Shown here: piece by piece, positions 26,200-37,860 of the stretch | How positions within the stretch are numbered: position 1 is the first letter of the stretch | Layout of the letters: every line of letters begins with the position of its first letter | Assembly (NCBI GenBank): GCA_973895155.1 | Contig: OZ316891.1 | Span: forward strand, 5,985,708-6,049,707 | DNA: 64,000 nucleotides | DNA from: Marsupella aquatica | Taxonomy: Eukaryota; Plantae; Marchantiophyta | Direction of reading: 5' to 3' | Notes under the pieces: generated by a model | The model's input: the letters and a program-made list of their open reading frames with translations, nothing else | Told to the model about the DNA's origin: nothing | Databases searched by the model: none | Translations under genes and position numbers: made by a program

Positions 26200-26700
26200 C
26201 AACACGACCTCTATTTCTTCCACAACCTCTTGGCTGAGATGACATCTTTCTTCTCAACAACCTCTTGGCCGACACGACATCTATTTCTTCCACAACCTCT
26301 TAGCCGAGATGACATCTTTCTTCTCAACAACCTCTTGGCCGACATGACATCTTTTGTTCTCATCGACTTCTTGGCCAACACGACATCTTTTGTTCTCATC
26401 GACATCTTGGCCGAGATGACATCTTTTGTTTTCAACGACATCTTGGGCGACACGACATCTTTTGTTCTCACCGACATCTTGGCCGAGATGACATCTTTTG
26501 TTTTCAATGACATCTTGGGTGACACGACATCTTTTATTCTCAATGACATCTTGGGCGACACGACATCTTTCTTCTCAATGACCTCTTGGGCGACACATCA
26601 TCTTTCTTCTCAACAACCTCTTGGCCGACACGACATCTTTTGTTCTCAAAAACATCTTGGCCGTCACGACATCTTTTGTGCAACGCACGGGTGTTGAGCT
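26200..26700. repeat. 39-bp minisatellite array with degenerate upstream copies from ~24960
   Basis: Repeated units resembling gacatcttttgttctcaacgacatcttggccga(g/c)a(t/c); these explain the 13-aa periodic ORF 26211-26561. Confidence 0.9.
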
Positions 26701-28937
26701 AGTTAGTTATGTTTCTTAGTATTATTCACTTCTAGATTTGATACCCCCACAAGGCTCATGTGCAAATGGTTTTGGTATACATCAATATTCATTTTTGTTA
26801 TTTGTGAGGGAACAGTTTTTATAAAAAACAATTGAGCTTTTTCCTTTTGTAATGGTGAAGATTTTGAGCTAGAAGTTGGTTATACACCATGTGGGTGAGC
26901 TTCAAGCTTGAGTTCCCAGAATTTGCTAATTGTAATCTAGTCAATCTTTATCTTGTGCAACAGTGCCCTCTCCGGAAAGAAAGAATTTTATTTATAAAAT
27001 GACAATTACAAGTTAGAGTTGGGGCCTAGGCTCCTAGAGTGAAGCCTCTATACTTTAACTGGATGGCCGGCCCACCGTGTGGATGTAAAACTCATGGCTA
27101 TGATATATGCTAAATGTGTTAGATATTGCTCTAGTCTTGTGACTCATGAGCTAACCACAGTTAGTCTAACTCGGGTTAGGACTTAGCTAATGTTAGCGGT
27201 AGTGCTGTTGTGCATATAGCCAGGGCTGATGCCAGACCCTAGTGGAACTTAGGCTCATTGTTACGGAGCTAGTTGAGAGATAGCCTGGAGAGCTTGTGCT
27301 GTGGATGCTTGGTATGGCCGGTCGGCCTAGAGTGCAGTAAAGCTCTTGTGTGTTCTCGTGGACGTAGCCTCATGTGGAGGTGAACCACGTATCTCTCTGT
27401 GTCGACTCTTGTGAGTTGGATGGTTCATGGGCTTGCCATTACGAATGTCGTCTATGCTCAACAAGTGGTATCAGAGCATGCCTGGGAGGTGACGAGGTTT
27501 TTCGTGATAGGTTTTCCCAGCGTTCATTGTCGATGGTACATTCAGAGTTTCGTCGCATGAAACTCGAATGTGTGTGGCTGTGCGGATACGTGAGTGAGAG
27601 GGCGTTCTAACGGTGGTTAGAACTCGTTGATCGGTATCCGTGGTGCGAAGGAATTGAAGTTTGCATCGTTCAGGGTTTATTCGTGTTCGACGGGTTTTCG
27701 GGGGAGAGACCAGAGTTCATGTTTTTCAACGGAGTGAGTTGTGCGGTGCGGGAGGGATCGCACATTATAGCTCAAGTTGAAGGTTGAAGCGAGCTGGTCG
27801 TTTCGGTAGCAGGATTGCTGCCGAGTTGTTATCGAGTGCGACGTGACGAGTGAAGGAGGCATTCAGGTTTTTTCACAAGCTATGGAGCTTGTTCACATCT
27901 GAACCGGGTTTCTCTTCGTGACGTCCGACTTGGTGGAAGAAACGCGAAGTGCTACGGCTCAACGATTTGATCGCGGCAAGGTGGTCGTGTTGAGCCTGGG
28001 ATTGGCACTTGACGCGGAGTGAAGGCGATACAGCGGAAGTTTTTATAGTGCTGGAGTAGCAGACGGCGCCGGTGTGATTCGGCAACATATCCCGTCGGTA
28101 ACTCTTTGTTTTCTCATTGGAAACGGCAGCGAGGTGTGTAACCCGGGCTTTTCTTTTACTTTGGGTGCCTTTTTTAGGTTACATATAGTGTGAAATTTTC
28201 TGCATCCCGGCCCTGCCTTAGCGCATTGCGAACCCCCCCCCGGCCCTACTGTTGTTACGAGCCGGGGGCTCCCTCCGGCCGCTCCTCGCTTTTCCTCCCT
28301 CCCGGCTCGCGACCTTCGTACGTACGCGGCTGTGTACGCAGCCGCCCGGGTATGTGCCCTGCCATACCCGCTTTTGGGACTCCCGGCCCCATACGGGGTA
28401 TTTTCATTTTTAAGGGGCGTTTACATCCCTTTAGGACCTATTTTAAGCCTTTTTCTTTGTTTTTACCGGGGACTTTTAAGTGGCGATCCCAGGACCGGTG
28501 ACCCTCCATTTTAACCGCTTGGATAGGGGGAACGGCCCCCTGTAAAACCTGTCGGACTGTGCGGGAATATTCCCGAAAAATAGAGAGCTATTTTTCGGCC
28601 GTCCGACGAAGATTCCGTCCGCCGAACGCTAACTTTTTTGGTTCTTTTTTGGTGAGGACGTTGCCACTGGAGTTAGCAACGCGGCGCACCGATCACATCG
28701 CAATTCCGACGACGGGTTATACTGGGTATTTCGGTTATTCTCCGAGATGGTCAAAACGGGGGAGTTTCCCAAGGTTTTACCCACCCCGACCGAAATTTGA
28801 ATAACTTTTCCGTCGAATTTTGATTTTGATTTCGGCTTTCAGTATTGGACTCCTAGCTTCGTGGGCTACGCGGCGGTGTTGAGTTTTGAGTTTTGTGAGA
28901 AGTTTCGAAAAAAGACCTTTTTTTGTGATTGTTTCAT

Positions 28938-29993
28938 ATGAGTGACTCGGAGGATACTGGAAGAATTGGCATTGGTGCAGCTTCAGGATCACGACGTTCA
29001 GGCGGAGAGTCTGAGGAGGAGCTGCTACCGTTTGAGGAGGAACAAGTGACACCGGTACGATCACCGGTGCGGCGTGCAGTGGAGGAAGCTGTACTACTAC
29101 CAGAGCTATTGGTAGTTGGGAAGAAGAGGGAGATGGCTAGATTTGGAGGAGTGAAGTTTGAGGTAGAGAAGTACGATGGTCGTACTGATTACTTGCTATG
29201 GGAGAAGCAAGTGAAGGGTGTCCTTCGGGCCATGGGCTTAGCTCATCTGCTCTCTTCGCGAGAGCAGTATGATGGAGAAGAGGAGATTTCAGAGGAGCAG
29301 TGGAGACAGGAGCAGGTGATTGCTGTCAATGCAGTGATGCTTTATCTCAAGCCGCACATCATTAAGCAGCTGGATGATTATGCGGATTGCGCATCACTGT
29401 TCAAGGCTCTAAGAGAGAAGTATTACCTGGAAGATGCGTCAGACCGGCTGTACAAGAAGTCTCTCTTGATGAGCCTCAGACTCAAAGAAGGGAGCAAGAT
29501 GCAGGAGCACCTGGATGAGTTTGACAGTCTAGCGGTGGATCTGTCAAACTTAGGAAAAGGAGTTGAAGATGAGGATAAGGCCTTGCTTCTGCTAAGCTCC
29601 TTACCGCCGTCATATCAGGGCTTGAAACAGGTGCTCTTGTACAGAGATCTGAAGTCCATTTCGTATAATGAGGTGGTGAGCTCTTTACTATCTGATGATG
29701 CTCAGAAGAAGCTAGGTCAATCACAGACAACATCTTCTTCTGGCACTGCGCTGAATGTGAACCGTGGGAGAGCAGCGCAACGCTCAAATGGACAGAACAG
29801 GTTTAGATCTACATCACGGGGGAGATCTAAATCCAGAGGCAAATCGCAAGAGATGAAGCCTCTTGCATGTTGGAATTGTGGCAAGCCTGGCCACATGAAA
29901 AGGGATTGTCGAGTAAAGGTCCCTACTGCATCTGCTAACGCGGCATCGAGCTCGCATGAGGTAGATTTACTCGATGATGATGACATATTGTGA
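28938..29993 (+). CDS. gag: Copia Gag
   Basis: KFEVEKYDGRTDYLLWEKQVKGVL, EDKALLLLSSLPPSY, zinc knuckle CWNCGKPGHMKRDC. Confidence 0.9.
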   Translation: MSDSEDTGRIGIGAASGSRRSGGESEEELLPFEEEQVTPVRSPVRRAVEEAVLLPELLVVGKKREMARFGGVKFEVEKYDGRTDYLLWEKQVKGVLRAMGLAHLLSSREQYDGEEEISEEQWRQEQVIAVNAVMLYLKPHIIKQLDDYADCASLFKALREKYYLEDASDRLYKKSLLMSLRLKEGSKMQEHLDEFDSLAVDLSNLGKGVEDEDKALLLLSSLPPSYQGLKQVLLYRDLKSISYNEVVSSLLSDDAQKKLGQSQTTSSSGTALNVNRGRAAQRSNGQNRFRSTSRGRSKSRGKSQEMKPLACWNCGKPGHMKRDCRVKVPTASANAASSSHEVDLLDDDDIL

Positions 29994-31403
29994 TGCCAAG
30001 GTTATGCTCTCAACGTAGTGTCAAATCCAGGCAGTGATGACTAGATTCTAGATAGTGCATGTACTTTTCACATTTGCTCTAGGAGAGATTTTTTCAGTTC
30101 TTACACGGTTTCCAATGGGTCAGTGTTGATGGGAAATAGAATCCCATGTCAAGTTGTTGGACTTGGATCTGTAAGATTTCAGATGTTTGATGGTGCTATA
30201 AGAACGTTGAGGAATGTGAGACACATTCCCAACATGATGAAAAATCTCATTTCACTTGGAGTTTTAGAAGCAAATGGTCATCAGTGGAGTTCTGCTAATG
30301 GTCTCCCAAATAGTGGAACAAGCGGTTTGATGATTTCATGCTTGCTCAAGGTTTTACAAGGATGGTGTATGATCCTTGTGTGTATACGAAATCAGTCAAG
30401 AATGATGTGTTTGGTTTCATCATTCTGGTTATTTATGTGGATGACATGCTGATTATGGCTAAAGATCAATCTGAAGTTGACAGTCTCAAGGCGAAATTGA
30501 ATGCTGAATTCAGGATGAAGGATCTTGGTAAGGCCAAGACAATCTTAGGGATGAAGATTTTTAGGAACTCTGAGACTGGACAGTTGTGCTTGAGTCAAGG
30601 CCAGTATGCGAGGAAAGTACTTGCACGATTCAACATGGAGAACTGTAAGCCAGTGAGTATTCCTTTAGCTTCACATTTCAAGTTATCATCGGCTTTCTCT
30701 CCTACGGATGCTGTGGAGAAAGGTCTGATGGCTAAGATTCCTTATGAGAAGGCAGTAGACAGTCTGATGTATTTGATGACTTGTACTAGGCCTGACTTGG
30801 CCCTAGCGATGGGCAAGGTTAGCAGATTCATGTCAAATCCAGGGAAGGTACATTGGGAAGCTGTGAAGTGGATTCTCAGATATCTGAAGGGTACACAGGA
30901 CTATGGATTACTATTTGATAACAGATCAGATAGAACGTTAGTTGGCTATGTAGATTCTGACTATGGAGGCTGTCTGGATACAAGGAGGTCTACAACTGGG
31001 TTTGTATACACTCTTGGAGGAGGATGTATCAGTTGGAAATCTACCTTGCAGAAGTGCATATCTCAGTCTACTACAGAAGTAGAGTATGTTGCAGCAGCAG
31101 AACCAGCAAAGGAAGCAATTTGGTTGGATAAGTTGATCGCGGAGATGGGTTTTAGAGCATGGAAAAATGACTCTAAACTGTGATAGTCAGAGTGCTCTTC
31201 ACTTGGCTGCTAACCAGGTGATGGATAGTAGGGTGAAGCACATTGATATCAGGTACCATTTTATCAGGCAAGCAATGTCTGATAAAACTTTTGAGCTAGT
31301 CAAGATTGATGAAAAGCTCAATCCCGCTGATGCCTTTACCAAAGTGATTCCTTTGGAGAGTTTCTCAAGACACCGTGCTACTTTACAGGTTTTGCAGTTG
31401 TAG
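29994..31403 (+). pseudogene. pol: Disrupted copia pol: protease, deletion of integrase/N-terminal RT, C-terminal RT and RNase H
   Basis: Protease (W->stop at 30042)ILDSACTFH..LRNVRHIPNMMKNLISLG jumps at ~30302 to SPK*WNKRFD, then YVDDML, TRPDLA, GYVDSDY, STTEVEY. A frameshift at ~31150-31170 precedes CDSQSALHL..KHIDIRYHF..NPADAFTK. Confidence 0.92.
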
Positions 31404-33569
31404 TGCAAGTAGAGTTATTTAGCAATGTGTGACTATTTGTATATGGATTACTCATTCCTGTTTGGCTACGGCTTAGTTCTAGTTAACCCTTAGTTAACCC
31501 TTGTGGTTTTTAGGGGGAGAACTGGTTTGGTGATTGTCTAGAACTTCCCGCTGAGGATTCCATATGGTAGCATTTAGTCTAGTCCCCAAGACAAGAGTCA
31601 AGGGGGAGTTTGTTAGATATTGCTCTAGTCTTGTGACTCATGAGCTAACCACAGTTAGTCTAACTCGGGTTAGGACTTAGCTAATGTTAGCGGTAGTGCT
31701 GTTGTGCATATAGCCAGGGCTGATGCCAGACCCTGGTGGAACTTAGGCTCATTGTTACGGAGCTAGTTGAGAGATAGGGAGAGCTTGTGCTGTGGATGCT
31801 TGGTATGGCCGGTCGGCCTAGAATGCAGTAAAGCTCTTGTGTGTTCCCGTGGACGTAGCCTCATGTGGAGGTGAACCACGTATCTCTCTGTGTCGACTCT
31901 TGTGCGTTGGATGGTTCATGGGCTTGCCGTTACGAATGTCGTCTATGCTCAACAAAATGATAATACATGCTTTTTTGCAATGATGTTTATTTACATTAAA
32001 AAATAGGCTCTAGGGTGCACATAATATATGTGCATAGAAAGGAGTAGAGGTGTTATGTATGATTATTAAAATTTTATTATTATTTTATTAACTTTCAAAG
32101 AATGTGAATAGAAAATATACTTTTTTGACACTTTACTTTTATTGTACTCTCAACTATTCACTTTCAAAGAATAGGGTAATGGGGGCTAGTATGTAAACAC
32201 CCTAGTGACCCTGACCAGTGTGTTCGCTAGAGCCACTTCGTAGTCTAGGCCTAAAGTAAAACAAACCTGATGGGAAATTTCTGTCAAGCTTAAAGCAATG
32301 CAAAGCTCTCTTCGAACGAGTGCACTGTTCTAAGAAAACGGAGCAAAGGCAAGTTGGGCAAATTTCTGCCCTCGGGCCTTAACTAGGACAATGCTATGGT
32401 GGGAGAGAATTCTTTCAACGGAATTGGGAGAATCCAGCCTTTACCATGTCCTCTATAACTAATGGATGGGTACATTGAGTGGAGAATGCGACACATTTTG
32501 TTGAAGAGAATTAAGTCAAATTTGACGCTTCCTAAATATCCATTCTTATAAAGTTAAAGCAAAGTTATTGAGACGAATTTTAATCTACACAGCTTAGGTT
32601 TGTAATGCGTATGCTAAGATTTCAATCACTCAATTTGAATTCCAAGGATTGTGTAGATCAGCTCATCAGCTCATCTACGATCTTCTTTTCATGCATTTTT
32701 TCCACGACTTGGATCGCTCAAGCTGCCGTTTTCTGTGCCAGCACATGTCCGGAATTTTCTAAAGACTGCGGTTGAATAACGTCCGGTGGAAAACTATACT
32801 GAACGGCAAAATCTCAGTGTCTGCAAGTAAGGATCTCAGTGTATGCAAAAAAACCTGGTTGTTTCGTTTTGGTTGTGGGGCGTGTAGGTTTCCAGTTTAG
32901 TTTCCCTTGTTGGGCCTCTTCTCTTTATTGGGTTGCTTGGCCTCTCTGGGATCATGTCTCCCGGTTTGGCTTTACTCCCTAGGAGAGGTCTGAAAGTTTA
33001 TCGTGGCATTTCACGGCTCAGTGAATTTCCTCATGAACGGAGAATCAGGCACCTTCCTCTCCAACCGCTCGCAAAAGTTTCAAGAGCAAGATTGTAATTC
33101 ACTACGTATTTACATGATGTGCTTTTGAAGAAGCTGAGACTCTCGCCAAATGACAAATGCGGCCTTTTGCGAAGGTACTGGTCGGGCTTCGCAAGCGTAC
33201 CGAACTTGTCATCTTCGAGATCAACTCCATTGTGGGGGCTGGACCATAGTGGTCACCCTTCATTTGACAAGGTTCTTTAATTACACAATGCATTTCGTAA
33301 TCACTGGGAACCTTGAAGGAAACTGAGATGCAGCTTCGTCATGAATTTTTCAACGCCTTGAATGGTGAGATTTTTGTGTTTCGCTCACTGAGGCTTTCAC
33401 TTTCACTGTTTATGATGCGTTTGCGTTTCTCTGATGGTCACTCACTGGGGCCATGAATTATTCGAGGCACGAGCACAGTTGAAGTTCTGTCGCTAGTCAA
33501 GAATTAGGAGTTGATAGAGGTTGATGTTATAAATGACAAGAGTGACTAGGGTCACTGCTGGCATCGTCT

Positions 33570-33930
33570 GGGTAACTGCACATCAAAATATGTGTAACTG
33601 CACATCAAAATATGCCATATATTATATGGCACCCTTGCATAAGTGATAATCCACATCAAAATATGACATATATTATATGGCACCCTTGCATAGGGTGATA
33701 ATCCTATTTATTTTTCTTTGCAACCACATTTTGATGTGGGTTTTTTTCAATCAATGAATGCAGCCACATTTTGATGTCTATAACTGCACATCAAAATATG
33801 ACATATACTATATATGGCATGTGGCCACATTTTGATGTGTGTGATTACCGGCAGGGGCATGCCACATTTTGATGTGTGTGTGATTACAGGCAGGGGCATG
33901 CCACATTTTGATGTGTGATTACCGGCAGGG
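33570..33930. repeat. Short tandem/inverted repeat cluster (cacatcaaaatatg versus ccacattttgatgtg)
   Basis: Several direct copies of cacatcaaaat are followed by several copies of the reverse complement attttgatgtg. Confidence 0.7.
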
Positions 33931-34206
33931 GCTGGCATCTATTCATTTCTAATGTGAAAGTCCTACTGCATGATTTAGTTGACGAAATAGGGCTCGTCCA
34001 TTCAACCAGTCACGCCATTGTTGAGTGTGCTTCGCCGGTTTGGAAATCGTTGTGCGCTGCTGCTGGTCTCATGGCCGAATTCACTGGTGAGTGTGCTTTG
34101 CCGGTTTGGAAATCGTTGTACGCTGCTGCTGGTCTCATGGCCGAATTCCATGTGAGACATTTGTTTCTATTAGTCAATTGGTAGATGATGCTGGTCTACA
34201 GCATGG

Positions 34207-34313
34207 ACAGGCTAGGAATTGAACCTAGGACAGGCTAAGAATTGAACCTAGGACCTCCAGTGTCCATCATAGTGCTCTACCATTGAGCTAGAGGCCCTTG
34301 AGCTAGAGGCCCT
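34207..34313 (-). mobile_element. tRNA-derived SINE head / tRNA pseudogene
   Basis: Minus strand reads gggcctcTAGCTCAATGGtagagcac...ggaggtcctaGGTTCAATTCttagcctgt, giving Pol III A and B boxes at tRNA spacing. Both ends are locally duplicated and there is no clean anticodon arm. Confidence 0.6.
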
Positions 34314-35025
34314 CGATGCCTGCATCCCTCATCAGTTGAGTGAGGCTCATTTCCAACAGATGATCAATGTCCTGTGAACTAATCTGCTTCTGTGCAAGTG
34401 GAAACCGGTTGAACATTTCGGGTCTCAGGCGAGGATTCTTGCCCTAATCCAGTCTCTATCTGATCAAAGCTAACAATTGCAAGGAAAGTAGACGTGAATC
34501 ACACCGATTCAAACCACATTTCAGTAAACCCACAACCTTCTGGAATGTGTTTCCTACGTACTAGTATGGAAATGATTTCCTTTGTAGCACATTGCAACTC
34601 CATGCCGAACTCTTGAGCATGGATCCATAGAATGATGAAAGGTTGGATCTGGTCTTCAGTAAGTTGCGGTGACCTTTCGTGTGATCTACCTGGTCTTCAG
34701 TATTACATAAGCTTGTTACAATAAGAGCCCAAATCTGAAACTGACTAAATACTAAGCGATCACATTCTATTGTGCATCTCACATAAGCCTAGGAGAGCAT
34801 TTTTACAGAGGTCATCTGGATCATTCGATTGACCCATATGACTATACTGGGCTCAGTGTTCATAGGGTAATCCATTGGTAAGGTAATCCGTTCTTTTGTC
34901 ACGTGGGCAGAGCCTAGGGCGGACCGCGGACATGACAAGTGAATAACTGTTAAAAACGATTGATTCGACTAGACTCAAAGCCCTCATGAGCACTCCCAAT
35001 TCTGAACCACATCCAAGTCCAGAAA

Positions 35026-36654
35026 TTAACTTCGATGAGGTAGTTTTCTGTGATAAACTCGTTCATTTAAATCAGGAAGTGGAGTTGGGCCTTTAGCTAA
35101 GTAAACTTCACACTGCACAATGGTCTCCCCATTCAGGCGCAGTCCAGGATCAATCATGAAACCCACTTTGGGAACGGACCTCTCATCCTGGTCATGCGTC
35201 ACAATTGTCGACTTCATGTCTTTTGGATCCCAGTCGGCACCCTCCTCAACTGTCAATACAGTAGCAGGCCGTTCAAAAGAGAAAGCTAGCTTGTGCAACA
35301 GCCACACACATTTTGCAGCGGATTTGAAAGATGAAACGAGATCAGGACCGCCAAGTTCTTCCAAATTGCTGACTTTCACCTTATTGAACGAGGGAATTAT
35401 TTTGCACAGAATAGAACAGACTTTCATTTCGCAAAACTCTTCAAATTGCGGGTCCTCAATTGTGACAGATTTCTTATCTCGTTCGCGAAGATAGTAATCG
35501 TAGAACATTTCCTGACGACGGTTGGGGTCTGGAAACCTCGAAACATCATATCTGGTGCCGAAAGTTTCATCCTCAAACCCTTCAAAAAATGCTCTCATCA
35601 CGAGCGATTTGAAATAATGGCTTGAATGATTTGGCCTCACAAGGAAGATGGCAGGACAGTCCAGCAGTAAGTGCGGTGTTGTTTTAACACTGTCCAAGAG
35701 CATTCTGTGGAACGTTGCCACAGCAGCCGCTGTTTCGGACATATCCATGTTGAGGCGCGTTGGCTTGGGAGCTCCATCGGCGTAGAAGCCGCTAATTGCA
35801 TTCTGAATATTGTGATCCCCGTCGGCCGATTTCTCAGATGACTCGTCGCCGCCAGAACTCTTCTGCAGCTTCACGTCGACTACTGCCAGACTACGATCAC
35901 TATTGATTTTCTTACCTCGTTCCAGCCGCAGCTTCTTGCAACGGGGTTTCACTCCAACGGCGGAATTTTGGGTAGCTTTAGCCCGTTCTATGTGAACCTT
36001 CTTGAGACGCTCTAGTCCAGCTTGCTGTCCAGCTATGAAAGCTTCGAATTCCTGGCCATAGATCTTGTATCCGAGATTTACCTCCTCGTTGCTTTTCTGA
36101 AGTAGTTCCTTCTCTTTCTGTTCGACTGATACTTTCTCTTGCCAGGACTGGCACTCGAGTTTCAGTTGGAGGACCTGAGCGCCATGTGCATGATTCAAGG
36201 TGGCGATGTCAGCGTTGTGTACCTCCTCTAGGTCACCTCGAAATTGCCTCACTTCGCTTTCGATCCTGGTGAATTTAATGTGACAAGACATCCCTCGACT
36301 TGTTACGATGTGTTGAATCCGTTCAAGTAAACTTGATTCTAGAATTGACTTGCGATGTCCACAATCCACCACATCCGGATGAGGCTTTCTTGACTGAGCA
36401 GGTTGATTTGGGACGCTTTCCATATCAACCAAGTTGTTGGGTCCCATGATCGACTTATCAGTGGTCACGTTGGCCATGGAAGTCTCACATTGAAGAGGAA
36501 AACCATCTCGATTGCGATTGGGCCCTCCGCATTTTTTGGACAATGACCTTTTCGATCGTGTGAATGGCGGTGATGTGAGCTTCTCATCGGCCTCATGACA
36601 CTCATCAGGACGGGATTTTCTGGGCCGACCTCGTTTGACTCCTAGAGACGCCAT
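35026..36654 (-). CDS. AT-hook + coiled-coil + IRKI/GIL1-type C-terminal domain protein (copy A)
   Basis: Intronless ORF from ATG 36654 (MASLGVKRGRPRK), with a central coiled coil and C-terminal FCEMK..SFKSAAKCVWLLHKLAFSF..VEEGADWDPKDM..KVGFMIDPGLRLNGETIVQCEVYL, matching the plant IRKI/GIL1 C-terminus. It is collinear with the paralog at 60954-62603. Confidence 0.8.
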   Translation of the reverse strand: MASLGVKRGRPRKSRPDECHEADEKLTSPPFTRSKRSLSKKCGGPNRNRDGFPLQCETSMANVTTDKSIMGPNNLVDMESVPNQPAQSRKPHPDVVDCGHRKSILESSLLERIQHIVTSRGMSCHIKFTRIESEVRQFRGDLEEVHNADIATLNHAHGAQVLQLKLECQSWQEKVSVEQKEKELLQKSNEEVNLGYKIYGQEFEAFIAGQQAGLERLKKVHIERAKATQNSAVGVKPRCKKLRLERGKKINSDRSLAVVDVKLQKSSGGDESSEKSADGDHNIQNAISGFYADGAPKPTRLNMDMSETAAAVATFHRMLLDSVKTTPHLLLDCPAIFLVRPNHSSHYFKSLVMRAFFEGFEDETFGTRYDVSRFPDPNRRQEMFYDYYLRERDKKSVTIEDPQFEEFCEMKVCSILCKIIPSFNKVKVSNLEELGGPDLVSSFKSAAKCVWLLHKLAFSFERPATVLTVEEGADWDPKDMKSTIVTHDQDERSVPKVGFMIDPGLRLNGETIVQCEVYLAKGPTPLPDLNERVYHRKLPHRS

Positions 36655-37566
36655 GGAGGATCCGAAAATAGTTCGATTCTGCGGAACGTTTATCCCGGAA
36701 AAAGACACTAAATAGCAACTACAATGGGCACATTGTACGGTGTCACAAAGTTCCACTCACTCCATCCGTTTCGGAAATCTGTAGCAGAACAGTAAAACCA
36801 AACTGTAGATACCCCACCGATACTTGGCTCTCGTGCTGCTAACAGACGTATCTTGTTTGGCGAACGCGCTAGAGTTTTGTTTGAGCTACGTCTATAGCAC
36901 TATGAGTAAGCTGCGATGGCAAATTAACGACACAAGCAGAAGTCAAGAACGCAAACAATTTCAAGTCTGGACGTACTCTGAGTAGTGAACTGACATTGTC
37001 CTAAACAAAAGCACACATTGGCCGATTGCCAAGCAAGAAACTGCGTGTACCTGAATGAGTCCGTTGCTTTGATTACTAGCACACAAGGACCTGGAATCGA
37101 ACCTGTCAAACGCAGAACTCTGGATGATCAGCGGTGCCATACATGTACTGATTGAAAAGCTTGGATGATTCCGGAGAACTGGTGGATTGTGAGTTCGTAT
37201 GGAACTGGGTCGAGCAACAGATCATTTTGGTAGGGAAAACACTAAACCTTCAGTGTTACATCGCTCGATCTTAGGCACTAAAACTCAAATTGACGAACGT
37301 CTTGCTCACGTCCGTTTAGCCCTTTGCTGGATATACTAGTACCAATCTAACGACATGCGTTTTCTCACATACTCAGAGAGGAGCCTCTCAGATGAGCAGC
37401 ATCCTCTCAAATACTTTAAAATGTAGGAAGCTACCTCCAGTACCATGAGCGGCCTTGGAACCAGGCTCTCACATACTTCAAAATGTAGTACTGTACCTAT
37501 TTAGGGCCAGGCTTTGCACATGGTTGAGCCCTGGAAGTGTCTTCCGGGCAAGGAAGTTTTGACGAG

Positions 37567-37860
37567 GTTGATACAAATTATTGTTGAAAGAAACCCTAGT
37601 TAGTGACTACATGTCAATTTGGGCATGACAGTAGAGGGTGTTATTGATGTCACTCTGGGTTGATACAAAATTGATGTTGAGGTGTGTTGTTGATGTAGGG
37701 GTTGATACAAATTATTGTAGAAAGAAACCCTAGTCAGTGACACTGCATGTCAAGTTGGGCCATGGCAGTAGAGGGTGTTATTGATGTCCAGGCTGATACA
37801 AAAATATTGTTGAAACAAACCCTGGTCAGTGACACCCCATGTCGAGTTGGGCCATGGCAC
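37567..37860. repeat. Degenerate tandem repeat, 3 copies
   Basis: tgatacaaa..attgt.gaaa.aaaccct.gt.agtgac...catgtc.a.ttggg.catg at ~37567, ~37701 and ~37793. Confidence 0.75.

Larger units (their letters stand above)
27117..31954 (+). mobile_element. Ty1/copia LTR retrotransposon, internally deleted (no integrase), non-autonomous
   Basis: 5' LTR 27117-27463 and 3' LTR 31611-31954 (TG..CA), TSD AAATG at 27112-27116 and 31955-31959, PBS TGGTATCAGAGC (tRNA-iMet) at 27466-27477, PPT AAGGGGGAG at 31600-31608. Confidence 0.97.

Noticed and set aside
26211-26697. ORFs with 13-aa periodicity
   Set aside because: Translation of a 39-bp minisatellite on both strands.
36655-36756. N-terminal extensions in the ORF track (also 50923-51117, 21769-21864, 46030-46050)
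   Set aside because: Non-ATG starts; paralog alignment or signal peptide supports the downstream ATG.
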